A stretch of DNA of 64,000 nucleotides from Azolla caroliniana (lineage: Eukaryota > Plantae > Polypodiophyta): contig JBHGNT010000020.1 of NCBI GenBank assembly GCA_043228905.1, positions 12,462,001-12,526,000 of the forward strand, read 5' to 3'. The notes below the pieces were generated by a model, which saw only the letters and a program-made list of their open reading frames with translations, had not been told where the DNA came from and ran no database searches. Positions 38,501 to 50,004 of the stretch are shown here, piece by piece. Position 1 is the stretch's first letter, and the number at the start of each line of letters is the position of its first letter. Made by a program: the position numbers and the translations under genes.

Positions 38501-40571
38501 TTTCAATACATTATGCTTAGGGACTGAAGGAAGTCCATCATTTGTGAAGACCTTATAGCGGCCTTCAGCTCCATTACTTAGCACTGGGAGGAGATAAGGA
38601 AGGCGATGGCCGACTAAGCAAGGTCCTATATTGACAGTAGAAGGCAGTTCAACCCAAGGGAAGGGATTTTTGGCAATCAAACGCAGAGTAATAGCACACA
38701 TTTCACACCTTACTGTGATGAAATCTTCCACTTTCTCCTTTGTATTGGGCATAAATACAATAGAAAACTTGCATGATTTCCCTGGTGCCAAAACTGCTCC
38801 TTGAAGACAGGAATCAGCAATAGAAATATGAAAATATTGTGTGTTTGGATGCAGAATCCTGAAATTGCGGAACATTTATGTTGAGAAAAAAAGTGGTTAA
38901 CTTGTTATAGTGGTTCCAAAAATTAATTAGAGGATGACCTGAGTCTTTGGCTCCAAGTGCTGACATTGAGCACTCTAAGTTGAGTAGTGTAAGTTGAGCC
39001 AATTTCTGTTGCATATATAGGACATATTAATCTATGCATATGCCGTACGTATAGGTATGTGTACAGGATAATCAAGAAAAATACAGCTTATATGGAATAT
39101 TGAAACATTATGTTATCCTGCGTGTCTGATTCATTAATTCATTGCCATAAAAGACCCATCAGAGCGCAAAGCATCATACACATTTCCATAAATTAATCTT
39201 AAAAAAAGGGCTTCACCTACCATATCCATTAAATATTATGGATGGAGGTTCAGGAAGAGTCGAATAACCTTTGTTGCAATCTTTCCAAATGTGCAGCTGC
39301 AAAGCCTGAAAACATATACACACATACATATACTAAGAGAATGTATAAGCTTGCTATCCATAAAACTTCTGAATGTAAACAAATAAATATGAATGACGTT
39401 GTGTTTTTTAAACCTTGCACAATTTTGGGTTCCTGGAGTATCTAGGGTTTTGAAGATAATCCGACGTCTGTCTCAAGTGGCGGCGAATAAGACTCCCCTG
39501 CACCATGCTTGAATTGTTTTTAAAACATTAATATGAAACAATATAATATCTACAAATCAAAATTTGATTAAACCGAAACATTAAAAATCCTTATATTGTG
39601 CAATAAAAAAACATATGCAAAACATATCCTCCACAACAACCTCTTCTTCATTTTATTTTAGTTTTTCACTTTGCAAACTAAACTTGTCAAACTACTCTTC
39701 TGAAGAACAATAGATTACCTCATATGGAGGCAGTGATGGTGATAATGATATGTGTGTGTGTGTGATATCATCATCAACTCCACTGCCATAGCAAAATCAT
39801 CATCTCACCATATTGACGATGCTTGCATATTTATATATGTGTGTGATATGATAATGCATAATCCATAAGAGAACATGAATCCTACCCTTCTTTTTCTGAT
39901 CCTTCGTTCATCAGCAAGCAACTTCAAGCGTGTGTTATGGCTTTCAAGAATGTCTTGGCTCTTAATTCCAGATGACTCCTGAGGCAAACAAGACACATGA
40001 CGAAAAGTACATTGTGAAGTGATTTTGTTCATAAAACTCATAGTAACACCAGGAAGAAAAGAAGAACGAATGAGTGACAGAAATACATATTTATATGGAA
40101 ATTGAAGGAGAGAAAACAGATTAAAACAGGAAGAAAAGCAATTGGAAGAAAAAGAAGATAAATGAATGAAAGGCATACATGTAGAGATGTACAGAAATTA
40201 AAGCAGAAAAAACAGGGTGAAACAAAAAAAAAAAGGAAAAAAAAAAACCCAAAAAATTTAGAAGAAGAAGGAAGGAATCAATGGATAAGAAAAGAAAGAT
40301 ATGGACACACAAAGAAATGGAAGAGCAACAAAATGTACGTAAATTGATGGGTACTTCTCGCTCCATTTATGGGTTCTACGGGGGTATGCAGAGAGACCCA
40401 TGAGAGAAGTAGAGATGTGCACAGAAATTAATGAGGGAAAAAAACAGGGTGAAACAACAACAAACAAAGAAGAAGAAAAAGAAAGAAGAATGGAGGAATC
40501 AATGGATGAGAAAAGAAAGGAATGGAAGAGGAACAAAATGTACATACATTGATGGGTTCTTCACGCTCCAT
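32514..40571 (-). CDS. DLEC1: DLEC1/CFAP81 (FAP81) homolog, ciliary central-apparatus protein with repeated ASH/PapD-like Ig folds, ~1536 aa
   Basis: Hand-built exons, all GT-AG and phase-consistent (4611 nt): 40571-40548 (tentative), 39978-39886, 39497-39414, 39305-39221, 39005-38939, 38858-37415, 37286-36012, 35924-35478, 34809-34574, 33938-33584, 33445-33257, 32825-32514. Colinear with remembered human DLEC1 blocks: YLQNPRY; PPSIIFNGYEIG...RLRILHPNTQYF; LAPGKSCKFSIVFMP; FTFSPHE; CFACVPGTYSDIL; VGCPL; LEGQG. Confidence 0.85.
35285..35393 (-). pseudogene. Intronic duplicate of the 3' end of DLEC1 exon 35924-35478 (pseudo-exon)
   Basis: Copy of ~35445-35553 including the CAG|GTTTAT donor, with two 1-nt deletions. 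Confidence 0.8.
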
Positions 40572-40613
40572 TTCTGAGGTCTAAGGGGTAAATGCAGGGA
40601 GGAGATCCATGAA

Positions 40614-40650
<37 letters not shown>

Positions 40651-41030
40651 ATGAGAAAACAGAGAGAAATAAACAGCCCAAGAGAAGAAGAAGAAGAGAT
40701 GGTGAAGAATCAAGATTTTGATGGTAGTTTTGGGGAAATTCAAGGGGCTACCCCTCGTCATTTAACTGTAATTTCCAACTCCATACCCCGAGGCTCCATT
40801 TCTGGGTTCTCAAGGGGGGTTATGTAAATGCTAGGGAGAGAGAGACAGAGACAGAGATAGAATGAGAAAACAGAGAGAAATAGCCAAAGAGAAGAAGAGA
40901 TTGTGAAGATTTTGATGGTGGTTTTGGGGGAATTTAGGATGCTATCCCTCATCATTTAATTGTAATTTCCAACTCCATACCCTTAGGCTCCGTTTCTGGG
41001 TTCTCAACGTGTATATTCAAGGAGACCCAT
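40170..41030. repeat. Diverged ~180-220-bp duplicated modules in the DLEC1 5' region (a further copy at ~44585-44692)
   Basis: Recurring GCTCCATTTCTGGGTT, GGTGAAGATTTTGATGGT...AATTTCCAACTC and CAGAAATTAA...AAACAGGGTGAAACAA blocks. Confidence 0.7.
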
Positions 41031-41055
41031 GAGAGAGAGAGAGAGAGAGAGAGCC

Positions 41056-41232
41056 TAGATGGATGTAGCCCAATGGAGAGCCAGGTGGTCATGGGTTCAA
41101 CCCCTACATTCCACGGTGGCATCTAGTGAATTAAGATATATATATGAAGTATATAATAGAGAGAAGTGAGAAAATTGGGTTTCGAACCCAAGACGTGATG
41201 CTTGTAGTGTTAACAACTTACCACTAGGGTAA
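41056..41232. mobile_element. tRNA-derived SINE-like unit (copy A, partly deleted)
   Basis: Homologous to 44357-44560. B box GGTTCAACCCC on + and GGTTCGAAACCC on -. Flanked by (GA)n. Confidence 0.65.
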
Positions 41233-41250
41233 AGAGAGAGAGAGAGAGAG

Positions 41251-44200
41251 AAAGAAAGAAAGAAAGAAAGATATATTAACGTCTTCTAAGGCCAAAATTG
41301 GCCCATGAGACAAATGGTGTACAACAAAAATGGGATATTTACCCATTCATCGAAAGTAAAAATAAAAATAAGATAAAATAGAGTTTAAGCTAAATAGTTC
41401 TAAGAAAACAACAAACATGTTCTATATAAAAAACATGTTCTACAATGAGAATGATTCTATACTAGGCCTAATTTCATTTCCATCCAAGTCTCTCGAAGAG
41501 AAGCGGGGGGTCAAAGGGTTGCCATGATGTGGATGTGGCCCGTGGTCCCCATGTAAGAGGTACCCCAACCATAGCTTCGAGTCGGCGTAGCTCACGTTCC
41601 CTTATCTTCTTAATCTTTTCTACTCCACGTTGACTTGTGTTGAAGCCCAACATCCGAGGACGTTTGGTTGCTCTTTGTATTTCTGCTTCCTCAAGGGAGA
41701 GGCCGAGCGGCATAAGTGTATCCACATTCATCGTCTCCCCATGTTCCTAAAAAATTACACTAGGTACATGTTGATGAGTAGTAAAAGGGTTATGATTAAC
41801 ACTTTGTAATTTATCCTCCCTATGTTGTTTTAGCTCTAAGATATACCTACCTAGTCTCTTTACACTCGGGGTATCTAATAGTTTGGAGAGGGTGGGAGAG
41901 GGTCCTAGTATGTCTTGGTATTCCGCCCGTATCTCGGCATAAGTTGGGCACTTGCATGTGAAGTGATACTCATCCTCTATCTCTATGTGGCATAACCTAC
42001 ATAGCCTTTCCTCTCTAGGGACTCTATTAGCTCGACCATTCTCAATCTCAAGTTGGTGAGATGATATCCTAAGTTGTCCAATGGCCACCCTTAGTGCATT
42101 TGATAAGAAAGTATCTAGGTATCTTGGTCGTGTAATAAACCCTAACTTAGAGAAGTGCAAGAAGTGTTCCTTATAGTACACCATTTTAGATGGGAGTGGC
42201 TCTCGTGGGGTGATCCATTTGTATCGAGTGTAGATTTGCCATATGTCTTGGCGTATCACTTTATTACGATCTTCACGAGAGATTAAAGTTTGATCAGTCC
42301 CATGGTTGTACTTAAGGGGAGGTAGGTTATTAATGTCTATGCCATTTGCAAATAACCAACTCACCACAATGCTATACCAAGAGTTGGTGTCTCCAGACAC
42401 ATGTAAGGATCGGGATGCCTCAAAGGCTCGACGGGATATCCTATCTTGTGGTTGACTATGTATCCGATGAATAAAAGCTACCACTTGAAAGAGTGCTTCT
42501 ACTAACATCGGGGGTAGGCTAAACTCCGCTCTAATAATGTCATGTGGTACTGTCGATTTGCTTCGGAGTTGACGTGATAACATCACCACTAAAGGTCTCT
42601 CCAATTGCGTCCACATGAAAGATGGTAGACCTGGAGCCCATACTACTGATGCATACATGAGGGACGGGGTCACTAATGAGTCGAAAAGCCATCCCTTAGT
42701 CCGTGGCTCTTGAAAGTATGCTTGGTGGCATTGTCTCTCTAAGAGTGAGAGGGATGCATATCCTCTCGTTAGCCTATCTTTGGCTGCCTGGGTCATCGAG
42801 AATTTACCTGAGCGAGCACTAAAAGTGACTCCCAAGTATACATAAGATCCCACCACCTCAACTAGTTTATGAGAGAGGATGAGGTGACATTTACTCCTAA
42901 CTCTGGACGATGTATGAAAGATAAGGACTTTAGTTTTCGCTAGATTCACTACCAGTCCTCGTTGTGTACAAAAGTCATCTAGGGCATTAAGATGCTTTTG
43001 TAGGTCGTGTTCCGACTCCGAGAGCAAGACAATGTCGTCTGCGTAGAGTAAGAGACTAACTTGCGTATCCCCAATAGCCACTCCTTTGCCTCCCTTACGA
43101 GCAATAAAATCAGTGATCTCATCAATGTAGATCCCAAAAAGAGTCGGTGATAGGGGGCAACCCTGTTTTACACCAATGGTGCTAGTGAAACAATCGGATA
43201 GGCCACCTGGGCATCTTACGCGCCCATAGACTTGCTCATATAGGGCATAAATGGCCCAAATCATGTCATTTGGTATCTCCAAGCTCTTAAGTCTATCAAA
43301 CAACCTCTCCCTAGGAACTGTATCAAAGGCTTTGCGAAAGTCCACAAAGCAACAATATAGTTTCTTCTTACGAGCCTTTGTTTGGTCAATTAAGCACCTA
43401 AGTGTAAAGATGTGGTCAATAGTGGAGAAGGCTCGTCTAAAGCCAGCCTGCTCAGGTGCTCGAAGACTTAATGTTTCCATATAATCACTGAGCTCCGCTT
43501 CCATTACTGCACCATATAGTTTAGCAAGCGTATGACCTATCATAATGGTCCTATATGTATTTGGGTCCATTGGGTCCCCTCCTTTATGTATAGGGGCCAC
43601 AGTGTTCATGGCCCATTGTGGTGGAAAACCCTCGGCGAGGGCGCGGTTGAAGATTAGAGTGAGAAGGGGAGCTAGGCACTCTCGAGCATATATGATGTGC
43701 TCGGCTCGCAATCCTGTGTGGTCCATGGATTTCCTATGTTGTAATTTTTTTATGACCTTCGTGACCCTAGAGGTCGTGAAAAGTGTCCCCATGGTAGGTC
43801 GAGGTGTGGAGGGCATTGGAATGGGTGGTTGGTTCGGGACATGGTAGAGTCTCTCGGTATATGTGTGCCAAATATTGGGATCCTCGATGGGTGTTTGTGG
43901 TCTCGGTTCCCGTAGTCTCTTCCATGCAAGGGCACAATCCCTACTCATGAGCATATGGTAGAGTTCCCAATATTGGGATGCTTCCCAAGCTCGTCTTTTA
44001 CGACGTGTCATCTTGCGCATCTCTTTGCGAGCCTGTACTAAGGAGATAGTACCACTGAGTCGCGATACTTTAAGTTGTCTATACAACTCTCTACAATCCT
44101 CGTCATACCACTTGTTTTGTGGCATAGACCCTATTCTACTATGATTGGAGTCTTTCGTGTATGGGAAGCTACTAGTGGCGGCTGAGTGAAGGATGTGTGT

Positions 44201-44340
44201 GAGTTCTGTAGTGAGGTTCTCTAAAGGCAAGGAAGAATCAAACGAGGAAAGATGGGCTTGAACATGTCGAGAGTAGATGTCCGCGAGCTCATGCGTGAAA
44301 TGTATTATAGTGTGATGGGTTGGTTTACTAGAGTTGGTGG
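41251..44340 (-). mobile_element. 5'-truncated RTE-clade LINE with (CTTT)n tail
   Basis: RT motifs EQAGFR, DFRKAFDTV, GVKQGCPLSP, LLYADDIVLL. C-terminal CRLC...EDEYHFTCKC. No endonuclease domain. Frame open from ~44340, premature TAG at 41747, natural stop at 41474. (GA)n on both flanks. Confidence 0.92.
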
Positions 44341-44356
44341 AGAGAGAGAGAGAAGA

Positions 44357-45030
44357 GGCCCATATGTATGTAGCTCAGTTGGTAAGGTTGCCCAATGGAG
44401 ACTAGGTGGTCATGGGTTCAACCCCTACATCCCACAGTGGCATTTTCTACTGAAATAAGAGAGATATATAATGTAATAGAGAGATGACAAAATTGGGTTT
44501 CGAATCCAAGTTATAGTGTTAGTAGTGCAAATGACTTACCTCTAGGGTAAGCTAATTACGATAATAATAATAAAATGACAAAAGAGAGAGAAACAACCCA
44601 AGAGGAGATGGTGAAGATTTTTTATGGTGGTTTTCGGGAAATTCAAGAAGCTATCCGTCGTCATTTGACTCTAATTTCCAACTCAATATCCCTACTATTT
44701 TTTCCGTTGTTTTATCATAATTAGCTTAACCTAGTGGTAGATGGTCATGCTCCTAGCTCTAGGGCCTAGGTTTGAAACCTAATTTCCTCACCACTCTATT
44801 ATTCCATGGATTCCTCTCTCATGGTTGATCTTCTAGTCTCCATTAGGCAACCTGACCAACTGAGCTACATCCATTTGGGCTCTCTCTCTCGGTCATAATT
44901 AACTTACCCTAATACTAAGTTACTAAGACTATGAGCCCTAGGCATTGTGCTTTCTATGCCCGATTCTCATGTCTCTCCATTACATCGTATATATTTTCTA
45001 AATGCCACATGCGGATGGAACATGTGAACT
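44357..45030. mobile_element. Cluster of tRNA-derived SINE-like units: B 44357-44560; inverted copies C 44717-44890 and D ~44895-45030
   Basis: A box TAGCTCAGTTGG and B box GGTTCAACCCC on one strand, and a second tRNA-like head (TAGCTTACCCTAGAGGTAAG...GATTCGAAACCC) on the opposite strand. C and D are reverse-complement homologs of B. Confidence 0.7.
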
Positions 45031-45223
45031 TTTGGTCTCTGCCAAAAAATCTTCGCGACTCAATCACATCCATTTAAGCTTCCTCTCTCTTTGCCTTTCT
45101 CGTCTATTGGTTAAAGCCATTGACTATGTACGAGAAAGGTGGAGAGATAAAAGCTCTACTAAACGTGTAATAAGGAATTATTTCATGGGCCAAATCGGGT
45201 TTTCCAAGAAGAAGACGTTAATC

Positions 45224-46299
45224 TCTTAAGTACAACCATGGGACTGATCAAACTTTAATCTCTCACGAAGATCGTAATAAAGTGATACGCCAAGAAATAT
45301 GGCAAATTTACACTCGATACAAATGGATCACCCCACGAGAACCACTCCCATCTAAAATGGTGTACTATAAGGAACACTTCTTGCGCTTCTCTACGCTAGG
45401 CTTTATTACACGACCAAGATATTTAGATACATTCTTATCAAATGCACTAAGGGTGGCCATTGGACAACTTAGGATATCATTTCACCAACTTGAGATTGAG
45501 AATGGTCAGGCTAATAGAGTCCCTAGAGAGGAAAGGTTATGTAGGTTATGCCACATAGAGATAGAGGATGAGTATCACTTCACATGCAAATGCCCAACTT
45601 ATGCCGAGATACGAGCGGAATACCAAGACATACTAGGACCCTCTCCCACCCTCTCCAAACTATTAGATACCCCGAATGTAAAGAGACTAGGTAGATATAT
45701 CTTAGACCTAAAACAACATAGGGAGAATAAATTACAAAGTGCTAACGATAACCCTCTTAGTATTCATCACCATGTAACTAGTGTAATTTTTCAGGAACAA
45801 GGGGAGACGATGAATGTGGATACACTTACGCCGCTCGGCCTCTCCCTTGAGGAAGCAGAAATGCAAAGAACAACGAAACGCCCTCGAATGTTGGGCTTCA
45901 AAACAAGTCAACGTGGAGTAGACAAGATTAAGAAGATAAGGGAACGTGAGCTACGTCGACTAGAAGCTATGGTTGGGGTACCTCTTACATGGGGACCACG
46001 GGCCACATCCACATCGCAACCCTTTGACCTTCCGCTTCTCTTCGAGAGACTTGGATGGAAATGAAAATAACAATTGTATAACACCATTTTCATTGTAGTA
46101 GAACATGTTTCTATATAAAACATGTTTGTTATTTTTTAGAACTATTTAGCTTAAACTCTATTTTTCATCTTATTTTTATTTTTACTTCGATGAATGGGTA
46201 AATATCCCATTTTTGTTGTAAACCATTTGTCTCATGGGCCAATTTTGGCCTTAGAAGACGTTAATATATCTTTCTTTCTTCTTTCTTTCTTTCTTTCTT
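45224..46299 (+). mobile_element. Second, heavily 5'-truncated copy of the same RTE LINE, inverted relative to the first
   Basis: Highly similar to the reverse complement of 41251-42315. ORF 45282-46064 reads through to LFERLGWK. Ends GAAGACGTTAATATA(TCTT)n. Confidence 0.92.
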
Positions 46300-46370
46300 A
46301 TAGATCATATTTGACCTCCTAATACAATAATAAAATATATATCACCAAAGCCTATAACTTTCACATCTAC

Positions 46371-46565
46371 ATGATATACACATACACATACACATACACA
46401 CATCATGTGCACATACACATCCACATACATCATATGCACATACACATCCACATACATCATATGCACATACACATCCACATACACATACATACATTATATG
46501 CACATACACATACACATACATACATTATATGCACATACACATACACATACATACATTATATGCAC

Positions 46566-46638
<73 letters not shown>

Positions 46639-46666
46639 TACGTACATACATACATACATACATACA

Positions 46667-46698
<32 letters not shown>

Positions 46699-46713
46699 CA
46701 TACATACATTACA

Positions 46714-46744
<31 letters not shown>

Positions 46745-46768
46745 CATACATACATACATTACATTACA

Positions 46769-46799
<31 letters not shown>

Positions 46800-46840
46800 C
46801 ATACATACATACATTACATACATACATACATACATACATA
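46371..46840. repeat. Compound (CATA)n/(CATACA)n microsatellite
   Basis: Seen directly. Confidence 0.95.
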
Positions 46841-46904
46841 AAATACATGGGTAGTAGAGGGAAGAAAGAAAGAAAGAGTAATTTGTAGCCAAGCAAAGAG
46901 AAGG

Positions 46905-47558
46905 ATGTGGCATGGTGCTGCTGCTGCTCTGTTCCCTCACACCACCTCCAATATCCCTAGATATCTACCTTCTTCTTCTTCTTCTTCTTCTTCTTCTTCA
47001 TCCCTTCACAGTAATCTCCGCAGAACTAATCAGGATGCTCACATAGCAAGCAGCATGAGGAGGAAGGGAGTAGTCATGGTGAGAGCAGCAGGTAGTGCTG
47101 GTGATGATCAGACCTTCCTCACTCTGGAAGAAGCTGGGCTCATCGAGCTCTCAAACCTGGATATGCATGAGCGTTTCCTCTGCAGGCTAACGGTATACCT
47201 CCCTCTCTCTGTCTCTCTAATGCGACAGTAGGCCTCCCCTGTGATTCCCCATGAAACAAAGAATGTGAATGAGAAGGTCCACATGTGTGTGTATGTCTGT
47301 CTGTATGTAGGAAGAAGATCCGTATGTACATGTGTGTATTTTGTATATGGTGTACCCTGTATGTATGTGTGTATTTTGTATATGGTGAACCGTGTATGTA
47401 TGTGTGTATTTTGTATATGGTGTACCATGTATGTATGTGTGTATTTTGTATATGGTGTACCGTGTATGTATGTGTGTATTTTGTATATGGTGTATGTATG
47501 TGTGTATTTTGTATATGGTTGTATGTATGTATATATGTATGTGTGTGTATTGTGTGTG

Positions 47559-47592
<34 letters not shown>

Positions 47593-49135
47593 TGTATGTG
47601 TGTGTGTGTGTGTATAGTGTATATATGTATATTGTGTATGTATGTATGTGTGTGTGTGTGTATATATATGTATGTATGTGTGTGTGTGTGTATGTGTATA
47701 GTGTATATATGTATATGTGTATGTATGTATGTGTGTGTGTGTGTGTATATATGTATGTATGTGTGTGTGTGTATGTGTATAGTGTATATATGTATATGTG
47801 TATGTATGTATGTGTGTGTGTATATGTGTATATTATGTATGTGTGTGTGTATGTATATGTGTATAGTGTATATGTGTATATTGTGTATGTATGTATGTGT
47901 ATATTGTGTATGTATGTATGTGTATATTGTGTATGTATGTATGCATATGTATGTATTGAAAAAGAGAGAGAATTCTGACTTCACACATTCCCCTCAAAGA
48001 AACCAAATACTTTTAAGAATATGAAATCGAGGGTCGAGAAGTAGATAACAATTTCGATGAAAAATTCGAGTACATTGGGGGTTGAGTGGGATTCAAACTT
48101 TCAAGTGCAAATCTAATGCCCATGAGTTCCTATACCATTAGATTATCCATAAAGATGTTCAAGGTTCCATTTCTGTGTTCTTATATATAGATAAATGTAT
48201 ATGCGTGCATATATCTATAGATACACACATGTGAATGTATGTAATTCAGGTATGTGTGTGTATATATATGTATATAGACTGCGATTCACGCCATATTGCG
48301 GATATGGTAGATTCATACCGAATGATATGAGCTTACTTAGTTAGGGATCATTGTCCCTAGCGCTATAGGGAAATCGTACCTACACAAGCTCATCGTAGAG
48401 GAAATCATAAGGGAAGGCAAGTTCTAATTATCGCATGGGTGTATGTTTTTGGCAACACCTCATGTGGCTCATAATGTTGATCATTGTAGGAAATAAAATG
48501 GTTGGCATCCCCATTTGTCACCTCCCACACATTTACGTATGTAGAACCTCGCTCTGCAGAAGCTCATCATAATATTGATTATTGGTGGGAAGAATGTCTA
48601 AAAACTTAATTGGGATAATATCGAGCAATGTAAGGAAATGCAAGGGAAAGTGGGTTCAACTTTCCAAATTGACCGTCTCGTGCATGATGGATTATTACGT
48701 GATATGAGATCTCATATGCACAAACGAAATTTTCTCATGCACTTCGATGAGAGTTTTGGACATTTTAGGGCCTCATGAAAACGTGGTTTAGAAATTAGTT
48801 TGATTACCATTATTTGGTGTACAATGCCTTTTGAGAGCCCTCAGTTATAACATGTTGTATTGATCCTAAATTATTGAAACGATTGCAATATTATGATGGT
48901 TGTGCGTGTATAGACTCTAGACTATACAAGTACAACCATCATAATATTGGCAAAGTTACGTGGTCTTAATGTTTTTTGTATTTCTCAGGTCTCATCTTTG
49001 AATCTATTACGGGTTGTATCAAAGCAAGAAGGGATGCCCATTGAACAATTGAATGCGGGAATTATATGTGATTGGTTCCAGAAAGACAAAGAGAAACGCG
49101 AAAAAGATTTTGATTCTGCAACGTTGAAGTGGTGA
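46905..49135 (+). CDS. Small conserved, probably plastid-targeted protein of unknown function (resembles Arabidopsis At4g13220-type and cyanobacterial hypothetical proteins), exons 46905-47192 and 48989-49135, 144 aa
   Basis: Ser/Arg-rich transit-peptide-like N-terminus ending VRAA. Phase-0 intron ACG|GTATAC...TCTCAG|GTC joins FLTLEEAGLIELSNLDMHERFLCRLT|VSSLNLLRVVSKQEG...CDWFQKDK...ATLKW. Homology is from memory. Confidence 0.85.
47283..47956. repeat. Intronic (TATG)n/(TG)n microsatellite with ~37-bp minisatellite
   Basis: Seen directly. Unit TGTATGTATGTGTGTATTTTGTATATGGTGTACC. Confidence 0.95.
48077..48150 (-). mobile_element. Decayed tRNA-derived SINE head in the intron
   Basis: Minus strand TAATCTAATGGTA (A-box-like) and AGTTTGAATCCCC (B-box-like) at tRNA spacing. 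Confidence 0.35.
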
Positions 49136-49209
49136 GGGTTGGATTTTGAAATATTGACTTCTTATGTGCTATTTCTTGTAAAGCATCACTTATGCAAGTT
49201 TGCACATCA

Positions 49210-49380
49210 AATTGGTGATGAAGAAAAATTCAATAAGATTAGGGGTTCCAACCATTTCTCTATAAAACTCCAATTCTACCTATATATTGATTCATACTCA
49301 ATCGAATTGGTGATGAAGAAAATTCAACAAGATTAGGGGTTCCAACCGTTTCTCTATAAACTCCAATTCTACATATATAT
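49210..49380. repeat. ~95-bp tandem duplication downstream of the stop codon
   Basis: AATTGGTGATGAAGAAAATTCAA.AAGATTAGGGGTTCCAACC occurs twice. Confidence 0.8.
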
Positions 49381-50004
49381 CGAGGTTGTCGTACACATAA
49401 GAGATTTCCAAACTTTAAATATTCATAGAATTCAAGTTGATAAAACATTGATCTTGCAAATTATAAGGATGATAATACTTCAAGGTGGTAATTTTGGTAG
49501 TTGATAATGATCAAGCTTGTGATGCAGGAATCAATTGTAATTGCACAAACCAGTTATGGTTCACATATTTCATTGTGAGCTCACTCATGCATATTGATGT
49601 TATGGGAGTTGCATAAAGGCATCTCCCTATATTATATAGCAAGGTATTTTGCTTGTCTAGCCTTGACAATTCTATACATATGACATCACTCCCGATCAAA
49701 GAGTACCTCAAATCAACATTCTATTTTCACTACTTCTAAATTGCACAACACTATGGCAAATAACTCATTCCTAAGCAAAGTGGTTAAGTTGGGCTTTATC
49801 CAAACTATTATTATCAAATGCCTAGGGTTTATATTTTGAGCTTGGTAGATTATTTGCCTTGATCAATAATCAAAACTAGAGTTGTATCTAAACCCACCTT
49901 GAGCACATCAAATGTATATTGTCCAGATGTTGGCCCTTATTCTTTAATTGATCTATGAAAGGCACATCTAAGTTTGCATGTTCTCAATGAGTTTTTGGTA
50001 ATAT

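Noticed and set aside
44367-44435. Functional tRNA gene
   Set aside because: A and B boxes are present, but the anticodon arm does not pair convincingly and the segment recurs as diverged copies. It is SINE-like.
46305-48024. His/Thr/Tyr- and Cys/Val/Met-rich ORFs
   Set aside because: Translations of stop-free microsatellites.
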